A stretch of DNA of 64,000 bases from an uncultured archaeon (GTDB lineage: Archaea; Asgardarchaeota; Lokiarchaeia; Sigyniarchaeales; SOKP01): positions 566 through 64,565 of the forward strand of contig CAZBNW010000004.1 of assembly GCA_964493385.1 (NCBI GenBank). The letters are read 5' to 3'. This document shows, one piece after another, positions 20,687 through 31,367 of this stretch. A model generated the notes under the pieces. The model was not told the origin of the DNA, made no database searches, and was given only the letters and a program-made list of their open reading frames with translations. Positions within the stretch are counted from its first letter, which is position 1, and each line of letters starts with the position of its first letter. Position numbers and translations under genes: made by a program.

Positions 20687-21343
20687 TTAACCTTCCAATT
20701 CCTTTCTTAATTTGTCAATCTCATCCTTTAACTTTTCTTTTGACTTAAGTTCAGTTTCTTCTTCGAGTTCATCATACTCTGGTATGTACTGTAGATCATC
20801 TGCAGGAATTTCAGGCATTGCTCCTCCTTGTTCTAGAAGCATTTCTGTTTCTAATTGATTCAATTCTTCTGTAACATCAATAGCGAGATCAATTTCTGGA
20901 TCACCAGCTAATATTTCAGCTGCTTCTTCAATTTCCGCTACATATGCTTCAGAATCCTCTGCTATCTCAGCCACTTTCGCAGGAGATGCTTTTGTGGCTA
21001 TATATTCTAATTCATCTCTTATGCCTCCCATAACATCTCCAGTTTGGGATATTAGCATTCCCTCTTCTATTGCCTGAATTTGTCGTTCGATTTTTCCCCT
21101 AATATTAGTAGCACGGTCAACCTTCGCTTGATATGATTTATATTGTATTAGATAATTCTTAGCACGATCTTTTTCTCCTCGTTTTAAAGCAATTTTTGCA
21201 TTTTTTCGGCTTATTTCAGAACGCTTACTGTAATTTCTATTCATTAAATTTAATTTGTGAATATGACCTTTCGCTTTCATAACGAGATTCTCCTTCTCTT
21301 TGCTTTTTCTGGGAAATAGTTTCTTTTTTAAACCCATTTTCAC
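20687..21343 (-). CDS. ESCRT-III / Snf7 (CHMP)-family protein
   Basis: Basic N-terminal half (AKIALKRGEKDRAKNYLIQYKSYQAKV...) and an acidic C-terminal half ending in a MIM-like EKLKDEIDKLRKELEG. Size and charge layout match CHMP proteins. Confidence 0.65.
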   Translation of the reverse strand: MKMGLKKKLFPRKSKEKENLVMKAKGHIHKLNLMNRNYSKRSEISRKNAKIALKRGEKDRAKNYLIQYKSYQAKVDRATNIRGKIERQIQAIEEGMLISQTGDVMGGIRDELEYIATKASPAKVAEIAEDSEAYVAEIEEAAEILAGDPEIDLAIDVTEELNQLETEMLLEQGGAMPEIPADDLQYIPEYDELEEETELKSKEKLKDEIDKLRKELEG

Positions 21344-21488
21344 ATAGCTCCTTTTAGAGGTTTATATTTATTCTATCTGATTTATGAATTATATGATTTT
21401 TCTAACTTAAAAATTTAATAATATTTGATATAATATAATTAAATAATTCTTATCAAAAAAGTTTTTATAGACCAAAATTTGAAGCACT

Positions 21489-22604
21489 ATGAAAAAATTA
21501 ATTTTAAACTTCGAAACCAAGGGTAAAAATTTCAAAGAATTAGTTCAAGAAGCATTTAATAATGATATTTTGAGATTTTTAGTTTCGAAAGAAACTTATA
21601 ATGAATTTAAAAAAATCGAAAGAGTTATCATTTACTCGAAAGATGTTGAGATTCCTGCTAAATTCTTAGTTTATGATAATAAAAGAGAAATAGAAAAAGT
21701 AATAGCTAAAGAACGATCTTCAGAGGAAAATATTGGATTTTATAAAGAATTAAAATCTAAAGAAGATGAAAGAGAAATAAACGAATTATCTAAAACTGGA
21801 TATGTAGATTTTATTATTGTTTCTGCTAAGGATTGGAAAATAATTCCTTTTGAAAACCTTATCGCTGAAATGCATTCAAACGATACAGACTTAATTGCTG
21901 CAGTTAATACATTAGAAGAAGCGGAATTAATGTTAAAAACCCTAGAAGTTGGAGTTGATGGAATAGTTATGACGCCTAAAAGTGCGAATGATATTGTTGA
22001 TTTAAAGAAACTTATCCATACGCGGTTTCATATAGAATTAACTAAAGCTAAGGTTATTAGCATTAAAAACATACCTGAGGCTGAGAGGGTATGCGTTGAT
22101 ACGACATCACTTCTAAATATAGGAGAGGGGCTTTTAGTTGGTTCCACGGCAGCTGGATTCTGCATGATTCATTCCGAGACATTTGAAACAGAGTTTGTGG
22201 CATCTAGGCCATTCAGAGTCAATGCAGGGGATGTTTCTGCTTATGTATTAGTACCTGATGATGATCCAGAAAAACTATATCTCACAAAATATCTTAGCGA
22301 ATTAAAAGGTGGAGATAAAGTTTTGGTAGTTTCAGATAAAGGTGAGGCTAGAATCGTTTCTGTAGGGCGAGTTAAAATTGAAACACGACCAATGTTGAGA
22401 TTTGAATTGGATGTTTCAATAGGAGAAAAAAAAATTCCAATAAGATGCATTTGCCAAAATGCTGAGACGATTCGTTTAGTGGGGGTTGATAGGAGAGCTA
22501 AATCTGTTGTTGATATTAAGGTTGGAGATGAGATTTTAGTTCATATAGGGCCTGGGGCAACACATTTCGGCACACCAATCAAAGAAAACATCATTGAAAA
22601 ATAA
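21489..22604 (+). CDS. aroB: 3-dehydroquinate synthase type II (archaeal aroB')
   Basis: 371 aa; ASRPFRVNAGDVSAY is typical of archaeal DHQS-II. Confidence 0.75.
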   Translation: MKKLILNFETKGKNFKELVQEAFNNDILRFLVSKETYNEFKKIERVIIYSKDVEIPAKFLVYDNKREIEKVIAKERSSEENIGFYKELKSKEDEREINELSKTGYVDFIIVSAKDWKIIPFENLIAEMHSNDTDLIAAVNTLEEAELMLKTLEVGVDGIVMTPKSANDIVDLKKLIHTRFHIELTKAKVISIKNIPEAERVCVDTTSLLNIGEGLLVGSTAAGFCMIHSETFETEFVASRPFRVNAGDVSAYVLVPDDDPEKLYLTKYLSELKGGDKVLVVSDKGEARIVSVGRVKIETRPMLRFELDVSIGEKKIPIRCICQNAETIRLVGVDRRAKSVVDIKVGDEILVHIGPGATHFGTPIKENIIEK

Positions 22605-22628
22605 AGTTATAAAAAATATTAAGAGTAG

Positions 22629-23747
22629 TTAGACATTAGAGTTTCGAAATAATGGAATAATTTCCTCACTTATTATTCTTGAAGCATCCCAGTAAGTAAA
22701 TGGTGCATTTTTACTCGATGCTCCATTAGTAGATGAAAATATAAAATGTTGAGCGCCTGCTTCTATAAATTTACGAATTTTTTTAATAATTTCTTCCTTT
22801 GTCCCAAACATTGTGTTTTCATGTAGTAAATCGTCTGGAATTTCATTTAATATGGGTTCTAATTTTTTAATATCAAATCTTGCAACATCCTCTCGATCAA
22901 TCTTTAGAATACTCATTTCTTCACTTCTAATCCATGTTGCATCAAAAAAAATCTCATCATATTCATCTTTCCAATATCCTAATTCTTTTATTCTTCGAGG
23001 ACTCATCAGTAATTCAAATTTATTACCTTGTATTCTTTGGTTGACTTTTTTTTCATCATCGTTTATAAAAATAAAATGGAACACCCCGAATGAAAATTTC
23101 TCCAAATCTCTCCCGTTTTCTCTCATTACTTTAGAAATTTGTTGTTTTTTTCGTTTATAAGTAGTATGATCAATTCCAACGGGCATCCATCCATCCGCAA
23201 TTTCTCCAGTCAGTTTTAATGTTTTTGGACTATTAGCTCCTATCCATATAGGAATATCTGATACAGGTTTAGGGAGCAAAATAGCTTTTTCGGCATTGTA
23301 ATGTTGTCCTTTAAAAGTAACTCTCTTACCCTTTTTCCAAAATAATTTCATCAGTTTTATAGATTCTCTCAATTTAGAAAGAGCATGGTCAAATGGAATG
23401 TTATAAGCCTTTAAATTCATTGCTTCTCCAGCTCCGATCCCTAAAATAAAATTTCCTCTAGTAATATGATTAATTGATGAGCATAACTGTGCAAGGACAG
23501 CAGGGTGTATCCTATGAGGATCTGTAACAGCAGTTCCTAAAGTTTTCCCATTGGCTATATCTGCCATTGAACCAAACAGTGGCCAAGTGCTTAAAAAATC
23601 GTCAATTAATGTACCACCCATACCAGTTAGATGATCAGGAAGCCAAAGAGAATCCCAATTTTCTTTACTTGCCGCCTAGACTTTTTTTCGGAAAAAGTCA
23701 TAAGAGTGAAGATAATACAATTGATGGCCAAATTTTATTTCACTCAT
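22629..23747 (-). CDS. Luciferase-like (LLM class, F420/flavin-dependent) oxidoreductase with an in-frame TAG at 23676..23678
   Basis: Listed ORF 22629..23621 lacks the family N-terminus. The same frame upstream encodes MSEIKFGHQLYYLHSYDFFRKKV-TAG-AASKENWDSLWLPDHLTG, which carries the MKFG and DH motifs. Confidence 0.7.
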
Positions 23748-23871
23748 TTTATATCACGATAATTAAAATTGTATGATTTTACAAAAAAATATTATTAGAA
23801 TAATTCTAATTATAATTTAACAATACTGATATTTAAAAAGATATTATTTAAAGTTAGGGTTATTAAGTTAA

Positions 23872-25149
23872 ATGATAACATATTGGGCTCCCTTACTACA
23901 TATTTATCAACCTCCTACTCAAGAACTTAAGATTTTGAAAGAAATTGATAAAGAGAGTTACAAACCCTTATTTAGTTTATTGGAAGAATATGAAAATGCA
24001 AAGTTCTGCTTAAATATTAATGGAGTCCTTATTGAATTGTTAAACGAATATGGAATATCAGACACTATGGATCTTTTAAAGAATTTAGTATCTGAAAGTA
24101 AAGTTGAGATTGTGGGGACAGCAAAATTTCATCCAATCCTTCCATTAATTCCAAAAAAAGAAGCGCAACATCAAATCCAAATGAATGAAGAATTAAACAG
24201 AAGAGAATTTGGTCGCTGGGAAAGAAAAGGTTTTTTTCCGCCAGAAATGGCCATCTCAGGAGGCGTTGCTAAATATATTCGCCAGCTAGGATACAAATGG
24301 GTAATTATGAGTGGAATTGCTTGTCCAGTTGATTGGCCATATGATCAGATTTTTTGCTCTCCTAATGGTCTTCAATTATTCTTTAGAGATGAAATTCTCA
24401 GCAACAAGATCTCATTTAAGAATATTACTGCTAAAGAATTTGTAAAAGCAGTAAAGGAGATTTTCCAACCAAAAGAAAAACAAAAGGCAAAACCAGTAAA
24501 AGAAATTGATAGATATATTATCACAGCAATGGATGGTGAGACTTTTGGTTATCATATCAAAAATTATGAAAGAACTTTTCTAAAGAAGGTGTTAGATCTC
24601 ATTCACGAGGAAGAGAGAATTAAAATAATATCTATCTCAGATTTAGATCAACACTTTCCAATAAGTAATAAAAAAATCATACCACGGGAATCAAGTTGGA
24701 GTACCACTTATGAAGATATTCAGCTAGGAATTCCTTATCCATTATGGAAACATCCTAATAATAATATACATAGATATTACTGGAAACTGATGAAAAGCCT
24801 TAATAATTTAATGAAATTAGCAGATAATTTAGATTTAACAACAGATTGGGAGGTTGAGAATTATTATAATACTGGAAGGTGGTATTATGATAGGGGTCTT
24901 CATTCATGTCCAACATGGTGGTCTAACCCACTCAACGGGACTTGGTCTCCAAATTTAATTTATAAAGGGATTGAGCTTTTAATGAGAGCAGCACTCAATG
25001 CTCAAATGGCATTAGTTCATGCTGGTAAAGCGGACTTAGGAGAAGTATACTATGATTCGATTTCTTATTATCACGGACTTTTACTTATGGAATTAAGCAC
25101 TATTACAAAAAAGAGTTTAAAAAATATTAATAAGTATAAAAATACATGA
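23872..25149 (+). CDS. Glycoside hydrolase family 57-like alpha-glucan enzyme
   Basis: N-terminal LLHIYQPP and the later block AMDGETFG. Confidence 0.7.
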   Translation: MITYWAPLLHIYQPPTQELKILKEIDKESYKPLFSLLEEYENAKFCLNINGVLIELLNEYGISDTMDLLKNLVSESKVEIVGTAKFHPILPLIPKKEAQHQIQMNEELNRREFGRWERKGFFPPEMAISGGVAKYIRQLGYKWVIMSGIACPVDWPYDQIFCSPNGLQLFFRDEILSNKISFKNITAKEFVKAVKEIFQPKEKQKAKPVKEIDRYIITAMDGETFGYHIKNYERTFLKKVLDLIHEEERIKIISISDLDQHFPISNKKIIPRESSWSTTYEDIQLGIPYPLWKHPNNNIHRYYWKLMKSLNNLMKLADNLDLTTDWEVENYYNTGRWYYDRGLHSCPTWWSNPLNGTWSPNLIYKGIELLMRAALNAQMALVHAGKADLGEVYYDSISYYHGLLLMELSTITKKSLKNINKYKNT

Positions 25150-25152
25150 ATT

Positions 25153-25551
25153 TTATCTATTTTTTGAAACCAACTTATTAAGAACTTCATTCCACTTATC
25201 TAATTTTTGTACATACCAGGCGGCAGAGTCAATTTCTCCAATTTCATTGTTAAATGTTACCTTTAAAAGTGGCCTAAATACTGATCTATGCATGTGTGAT
25301 TTTGGATTTGTGATTTTAATAATAGATTTAATAGGTATTAATAACTCTTTCTTAGGTTTCCACATCCCAAAGATTAGTTCTTCTTCTGTTAGTAATAAAA
25401 CGCCGTTCCCGCGAACTTTCCATACTCCTAATGATTCTAATCCAAAGAAGTTAGAAATATCATCAGCGATTAGAATGCTTTTATCCCTAAATTTCTCATG
25501 TATTTCATTAATTCTTTTATTAAAGACTTTTTTTAGCATATATTCCAACAA
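25153..25551 (-). CDS. Hypothetical protein, possible PH/GRAM-like fold
   Basis: 132-aa ORF. Its beta-rich pattern resembles the central segment of 17535..19514; no recognisable catalytic motif. Confidence 0.45.
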   Translation of the reverse strand: MLEYMLKKVFNKRINEIHEKFRDKSILIADDISNFFGLESLGVWKVRGNGVLLLTEEELIFGMWKPKKELLIPIKSIIKITNPKSHMHRSVFRPLLKVTFNNEIGEIDSAAWYVQKLDKWNEVLNKLVSKNR

Positions 25552-25661
25552 TATTCCTATTTATTTAATTAATTAAATTGTAAACAAAAATTATATAATT
25601 TTTAGTTTATATATTTTACAAAATACTGTTATGAAAAAGATTTTTATTAAAAATAAGAGCT

Positions 25662-26702
25662 ATGTCAAAAGATAATAACAGAAAAATCAAATACTGCGTA
25701 TATTGTGGATCTGATGTTGAGGAAGGTAAGACTTATTGTCCTAAATGTGGCAAATTAGTTATTAAAGTTGAACCAAGCAAAAAAATTCCGAAACCACCGC
25801 CCTTCCAAAAGGTAGAAATTTCAAGAAAATGCCCTGGTTGTGGTTCTATGATTACATCCACTATTTTAGATCAATGTCCAATATGCAACACCGCATTAGA
25901 AAAATTATCTGAAGTTAAAAAAGCAGCTATTCAAAAGAAACCAGGATTAATTTTTACAAGTAAAAAACTTGAGCTCGAACAAAAGTTTTTATTAAAGAAA
26001 GATACTTGGAACTTAAAAGAAGGTATTAATGTTTTCGGAACCAGTATTTATGTTCTAGTGATTGTCTTCTTTTTACTATTTACTTTTATTTCATTAGAAA
26101 TGAGTATTCAACTAATTATATTGAGTCAAATTCCTGAATTATTATTCGGCGTGTATCCAATATGGTATATTTATAGAAAAAAGCACAGCTTTAACAAATT
26201 GGGTTTTTTTTCGGATTCAAAAAAAATAATTATAGCAATACTAATCGGGATTTTGGGTAGTCTTGTTTTATTATTGGTAAGTTTTTTTTCTGATTCTTTA
26301 ATTAACTTCATTTCAGATGCAGGCTTAGATTTTTTTGATATTAAATCAAGGATAGAAAATCAGAACCTGGTAATTAGAAATGCTGATTTATTGTGGATAA
26401 TTCTCCTAACAATATTAATATTTATAAGGACAATCTTTTCAGAAATTGTATTTAGAGGGGTCTTACATAACGCACTAAAACAAAAATTTAAAAATGAATT
26501 TTATGTGATCCTCCTGGTAGCACTAGCTTATTCACTTGTAATGCTGTTATTTTCTTTTCCGGTAGGAGTGAGTTTTATTCTTCTAAATTTCCTATCATTT
26601 ATAGTGCTTGGACTTCTTTATTCTTTAAATGGAAATATATATAATACAATTATAGCCAATATTAGTTATAATGTTCTTGCATTGTTCCTAATTTTTCTTT
26701 AA
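25662..26702 (+). CDS. Zinc-ribbon plus CPBP-family (CAAX/Abi) intramembrane protease
   Basis: N-terminal CVYCG..CPKCG and CPGCG..CPICN; membrane domain with SEIVFRGVLH (EExxxR-type motif). Confidence 0.7.
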   Translation: MSKDNNRKIKYCVYCGSDVEEGKTYCPKCGKLVIKVEPSKKIPKPPPFQKVEISRKCPGCGSMITSTILDQCPICNTALEKLSEVKKAAIQKKPGLIFTSKKLELEQKFLLKKDTWNLKEGINVFGTSIYVLVIVFFLLFTFISLEMSIQLIILSQIPELLFGVYPIWYIYRKKHSFNKLGFFSDSKKIIIAILIGILGSLVLLLVSFFSDSLINFISDAGLDFFDIKSRIENQNLVIRNADLLWIILLTILIFIRTIFSEIVFRGVLHNALKQKFKNEFYVILLVALAYSLVMLLFSFPVGVSFILLNFLSFIVLGLLYSLNGNIYNTIIANISYNVLALFLIFL

Positions 26703-26831
26703 TTTAAATAACTCATTACCCCCCAAATATAAAATTTTAATAATAAGAAAAATCAATAATCTCTAGATTTATTATATTTTAACTATAGTTTTATTATTAC
26801 GATTTAATCTTATTGTTTGGAGTAAAAAGGC

Positions 26832-27548
26832 TTGGGTAAACAAATATATAGAAATAGAGGAAGTAAAGATAACATTATCATCTCTATTGCAGGAACTCAT
26901 GGTGTTGGAAAAACCACTGTATTCAATCTTTTTAAAAAAGAAAAAGATGTTAAAGATAATAATAAATTCAAGTTTTTTCCTGAAAGATATATAAAAAAAC
27001 CACCCTTTCCTTTTGGATCACCAAATAAGCAAATTGGGTTTAGAAGTGAACTTCACTTTCTTCAACAATTTATTAAACGTAATCAAAATATTGTAAATTT
27101 TGATGATAAATATAATGGAAGAATAATCATTTTAGATAGAACTCCTATATGTGTTCTAATATATTCTAAGAGTTTGAACTTAAAAGAAAAAGATTATAAT
27201 CTTATTTTAGACACTTACTATTCTATTCAATGGAAAGAAGATTATATTTTTCACTTGCATGCTAAACCAGATACAATCATGAAACGAATACTTCAGAGAG
27301 GTTCATTAGAAAAAATAAGGAAGGAATGGAATGAGGAAGATAAAGAATATTTACTAAAAATTCTTTCTTATTACAAACAATTTCTTTCAAATAAAGAGGG
27401 TGTTTTCATGATCAATACAGATAATTTAACTCCAGAAGGAGTAATCAATAAAATGAAGAAATTAATTACACACTTATCTGGATACTCCTTCGAGAAGCTT
27501 GAAAAACCAATTTCGACCCAGATGAATTTGTTGAAATTTTTAAGATGA
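26832..27548 (+). CDS. P-loop kinase, deoxynucleoside/nucleotide kinase-like
   Basis: Walker A IAGTHGVGKTT, LDRTP, and a LID-like RGS region. TTG start. Confidence 0.55.
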   Translation: MGKQIYRNRGSKDNIIISIAGTHGVGKTTVFNLFKKEKDVKDNNKFKFFPERYIKKPPFPFGSPNKQIGFRSELHFLQQFIKRNQNIVNFDDKYNGRIIILDRTPICVLIYSKSLNLKEKDYNLILDTYYSIQWKEDYIFHLHAKPDTIMKRILQRGSLEKIRKEWNEEDKEYLLKILSYYKQFLSNKEGVFMINTDNLTPEGVINKMKKLITHLSGYSFEKLEKPISTQMNLLKFLR

Positions 27549-27648
27549 ATTAATGATAAAATATATTAAAATAGGCTTTCTATTTATACTTAAATCTAAG
27601 CTAAAAAAATTGTGTTTAATCCTATATTATAGCAAGGAGCGAAAGTAA

Positions 27649-28641
27649 ATGTCCACTATCGCAGAAGATATCCGTAAAAAAATGATGTATGTTTTAAGAG
27701 AAGAAGAAAACAAAACTGATTTAGAAAATCTTGCAGTTTTATCTCGAGTAGGAATGAAAGTAGCCAGCTCAACTTCTTCAGAATTAGATGCTGATGCGAC
27801 TTCTGCATCAAGTACTGCCTTAATAGATTTAGGATTAAGATTAAACCAAGCATTTGTTCATGGTGCTTTGACAGAGATTATTTTACACAACACATCAGGC
27901 TATAGTATCTTGATGGCTATTGATGACGAATATATTGTATTTGGAGGTCTACGAGCTATTTATCGCATTGGATACTATCTAGGTTATTTAAGAGAGTTAG
28001 CAAAAAAGTTAAATAAGTTAATTTCTGGAGACCAAGAAACAGAGATGATGCTCTCTCTTGAAGAATCCGAAATAGAGAAAATTGAACAGCAAAAGATAGA
28101 AGAAGAAGCTAAACCAATAGTAAAACCTTCACTTGAACAAGATAAAGCAGCTTTAGATGATTTATTAGGATTTTTAGATGATTGGGAAAAAGAAGATGTT
28201 GAATTCGAAGAACTTGAAGCATCAACAGAAAGGGGCATTGTTTCGATTCCAAAATCAGTAGGTTTAGGGATTGATAAGGAAATAAAAGAAGTTGCTGAAT
28301 TTGAGGCATCTCAGATTCCAGAAAGCCTAATTCAAGAAACTCAGACTGAATTTAAAGTATATGAGGATGAAGTTCCACCCATTCCCCTTGATGATTATAC
28401 CCCAATGGAAATAGATGAAGAACCCGTTTCAGAAGAACCAGCACCCATTTCAGAGGAACCTATATCAACAGAAGAATTACCCCCTCTTGATGAATTACCA
28501 GCTTTTGAAGAGTTAGGTCCACCAGATTTCGAATCAGAAATTTCTGCTTCTGAATATGATACTGAATTTGTGTTAGAGGAAGAATCTGAAGCTCTAGGCT
28601 CTGTTTTAAAAGATCTTGGATGGGACCAGGAAGAAGATTAA
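27649..28641 (+). CDS. Roadblock/LC7 (MglB-like) domain protein with a long acidic proline-rich tail
   Basis: The N-terminal ~125 aa pattern (LAVLSRVGMKVAS...GYSILMAIDDEYIVFGG) fits Roadblock/LC7. The C-terminal ~200 aa is E/D/P-rich. Confidence 0.65.
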   Translation: MSTIAEDIRKKMMYVLREEENKTDLENLAVLSRVGMKVASSTSSELDADATSASSTALIDLGLRLNQAFVHGALTEIILHNTSGYSILMAIDDEYIVFGGLRAIYRIGYYLGYLRELAKKLNKLISGDQETEMMLSLEESEIEKIEQQKIEEEAKPIVKPSLEQDKAALDDLLGFLDDWEKEDVEFEELEASTERGIVSIPKSVGLGIDKEIKEVAEFEASQIPESLIQETQTEFKVYEDEVPPIPLDDYTPMEIDEEPVSEEPAPISEEPISTEELPPLDELPAFEELGPPDFESEISASEYDTEFVLEEESEALGSVLKDLGWDQEED

Positions 28642-28796
28642 AACTATTTTATAGTTTCCAGTTCCCCTCTTTAGCCAAACTAACTATAATTATATTCTTT
28701 TAGTATGAATAAATCTTTAAATAAAGTATTCTCTAATCTATATTAGAATAAATTTTTTTATTAAAAAAATAGTATTTTTAATATCGTTGAATCAAA

Positions 28797-30155
28797 ATGA
28801 GTGAATTAGCTGAAATAAAGAGAGAAAAAACGAGTAATCGCAGAAAAATAACTTATAGCATGCCGAGACTTGGAAGTTCATTAGTATTGGGAATTGAAGG
28901 ATTCGCTTTTTTTAATCTTTATTATTCAGGATATGGAGTTCCTGCTACTCTTGTCACCTTGGCTCAAGCTATAGGATTTATTGTCATAGGACTATCTCAA
29001 GTTCTTATTCCTTGGATTAGTGATACTAAATATACTCGATGGGGTAGGAGAAAACCATATATAATTGCGTTTACTCCTTTATTAGGAATTTCATTTATTT
29101 TTCTATTCTTACCCTCCTATATGGTACCTAATCTTAATGATAAAATAGCAATTTTTATATGGTTCTTAATCTGGGATATAATTTTTAAGATAAGCTATTC
29201 AATGACAACAATATACCAGGCATGGTTAGCTGAACAATTTGAAATTACTGAGCGTCCTGCTGTTTCTCAATTTCAGAACATTTTTCTATGGATTGGAAAT
29301 GGAGCAATGGGGATTGCATCTCTCCTCGTTATACCAAAATTTGTAGACCAATTAAAAGTAGATATATATGCCTCACCCCCCATCGACTATTTACTACTTA
29401 TTATACTATTTGGAGTAATAGCGATAATTCTATTCTTTTTAGTAGCATTTTTAATGCCAACAGAACCACATTATAAGATTGAAACAAAACCTTGGGAAAA
29501 TTTTAAAAACGTGCTGAAAAATAGAAACTATTTAAATATCATACTAATGATTGGTATCTCAAGTCTAGCCTGGTCAATTGTAACTGATGTAATGTTAACA
29601 TATTCTAGCGATGTATTAGATTTACGTGGTACTGATTATTATATAATTGCTGCATTTCTTATTATAGGGATATTCATTTTCTTATATATTTGGAGGAAAT
29701 TAATTTCTGAAAAAGGGAAAAAACAAAGCCTTTTATATATATTTCTATTTGGAGTGATTTTTCTTCTTTTTACATTTATGGGATTAATCCCTCTAGGCTC
29801 AGGTTTAGTTTTTGGAATAATTTTTATCATTGGTATAGCGGGAATGCTAGGAGGATGGTTTCTCTTCCCATATATTATTTATGCCGATCTCGCCGAAGAT
29901 GATGAGAAATCCACGGGAGAATTAAAAGCGGGACTTTATGCGGGTTACCCAGCGATAATTCTTAATATCTTTCAAGCATTTGGAGTATTTGTTCTTGGTG
30001 TATCTATTGATGCATTACCTAAAATAGCTGTAGGATCTTTAACATATTCTCTAGGATTAATTGTATGGGGCCCAATATGTTCTTTAATCTTGCTCATCTC
30101 ATACTATTTTACTAAAGACAAAGTTAAACTAGATTTCGATTGGGAGAAAAAATAA
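28797..30155 (+). CDS. GPH/MFS-family cation symporter (MelB-like)
   Basis: 452 aa with about 12 TM segments and a DTKYTRWGRRKP loop typical of the GPH family. Confidence 0.7.
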   Translation: MSELAEIKREKTSNRRKITYSMPRLGSSLVLGIEGFAFFNLYYSGYGVPATLVTLAQAIGFIVIGLSQVLIPWISDTKYTRWGRRKPYIIAFTPLLGISFIFLFLPSYMVPNLNDKIAIFIWFLIWDIIFKISYSMTTIYQAWLAEQFEITERPAVSQFQNIFLWIGNGAMGIASLLVIPKFVDQLKVDIYASPPIDYLLLIILFGVIAIILFFLVAFLMPTEPHYKIETKPWENFKNVLKNRNYLNIILMIGISSLAWSIVTDVMLTYSSDVLDLRGTDYYIIAAFLIIGIFIFLYIWRKLISEKGKKQSLLYIFLFGVIFLLFTFMGLIPLGSGLVFGIIFIIGIAGMLGGWFLFPYIIYADLAEDDEKSTGELKAGLYAGYPAIILNIFQAFGVFVLGVSIDALPKIAVGSLTYSLGLIVWGPICSLILLISYYFTKDKVKLDFDWEKK

Positions 30156-30329
30156 GGAAATTAAATCAATTATCTTTTTTTTTTCATTTTTGATTATTAA
30201 TCTTATAGAATTGTAAATTCACTAAATTATAAAAGATAAACTTCAATTAAACAACTTTAAAATAGAATAAGCGCTTTAAGAAAAATAATTTAAAAACTAA
30301 TATAATTAAAATTCTAAAACTATTTGTAA

Positions 30330-31367
30330 ATGTCACTTCAAGAATTAGGAATATCCCATGAGAAGATTAATAAAAAATTAGTTACTTATACTAATTTCAG
30401 AGGGGAAATTCAAGAAATTCCCGCAAAAATTGATGAAGTATACCAAAAATGTAAAAGCTATGCTTTTAATCCAGCAATAGCTATTATTGATTACGGAGTA
30501 TATAGTGAAGGAGGTAAAGAAATTGATATTTGTTTCCCAATTTCAAAGATTCCAGAAAAGGAAGATATCAAAACTAAATACCTTGAAGAAGTGGAAGTTC
30601 TATCCATAAGCCATCACGGTTCATATGATAGTCTAAATGAAAGTGCTCAGAAATTATTTAATTATTTACATACTTATGGTGTGTTAGGAACAAGTTGGAT
30701 AAGATTAGTTTATCATAAATATGATTTAAAAAGCCTACATGAGAATGAAATAGAAATTCAAGCAATTTTACATAAATGGGATGATAGATTAGCAAGAAAT
30801 TTAGATCGAGTTTTAGGTGAAGATGTAAGAAAAGAAGTTATGAAAGGTAGAGAAAAGAATTTTACTGTTGAATCTACGTTGGATGAGAAAGTTCAGTGGA
30901 TTAAAGATGTTCTAATAAGATTAGATAATCTAGCAAATGATTATCAAAAATACGATATCTTGTCTTGTTGTGCCCATGAATTCTCACAAAAAAGAATTGA
31001 CAAATTAAAAACTATCTATGAAAATACTGGAGATGTAGATGAAGTACTAAAAGAAATGGATAAAGATTTTGCTTGGTATGAAGGACAAAAAAGAGAAGGC
31101 AATCTTATCTTTGTACAAAAAATACCTTATAACCGGGAAGACTATGCTAAGGCAACAAATTTAAATGAAAAGAAAAGGAACTATTGTCATTGTTCACTAG
31201 TAAGAAATTATTTAAATGAAAATATATCCCCTACTTTTTGTAATTGTAGTGCTGGTTGGTATCGTCAATATTGGGAAGGAATTTTAGGAAAGCCCGTGCA
31301 TATTAAGTTGTTGAAATCCCTTGTAAAAGGAGATGATGTTTGTGAATTTGAAATATCCATACCCTAA
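30330..31367 (+). CDS. GyrI-like effector-binding domain protein with a Cys-rich C-terminal domain
   Basis: The N-terminal ~150 aa has a GyrI-like pattern (ISHHGSYDSLNES...). C-terminal CHCS..CNCSAGW..CEFE. Confidence 0.45.
   Translation: MSLQELGISHEKINKKLVTYTNFRGEIQEIPAKIDEVYQKCKSYAFNPAIAIIDYGVYSEGGKEIDICFPISKIPEKEDIKTKYLEEVEVLSISHHGSYDSLNESAQKLFNYLHTYGVLGTSWIRLVYHKYDLKSLHENEIEIQAILHKWDDRLARNLDRVLGEDVRKEVMKGREKNFTVESTLDEKVQWIKDVLIRLDNLANDYQKYDILSCCAHEFSQKRIDKLKTIYENTGDVDEVLKEMDKDFAWYEGQKREGNLIFVQKIPYNREDYAKATNLNEKKRNYCHCSLVRNYLNENISPTFCNCSAGWYRQYWEGILGKPVHIKLLKSLVKGDDVCEFEISIP

Noticed and set aside
23679-23706. BHB-type intron around the TAG of the LLM gene, using the hairpin at 23679..23699
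   Set aside because: The required 4-bp helix flanking the hairpin does not form in either register I tested.
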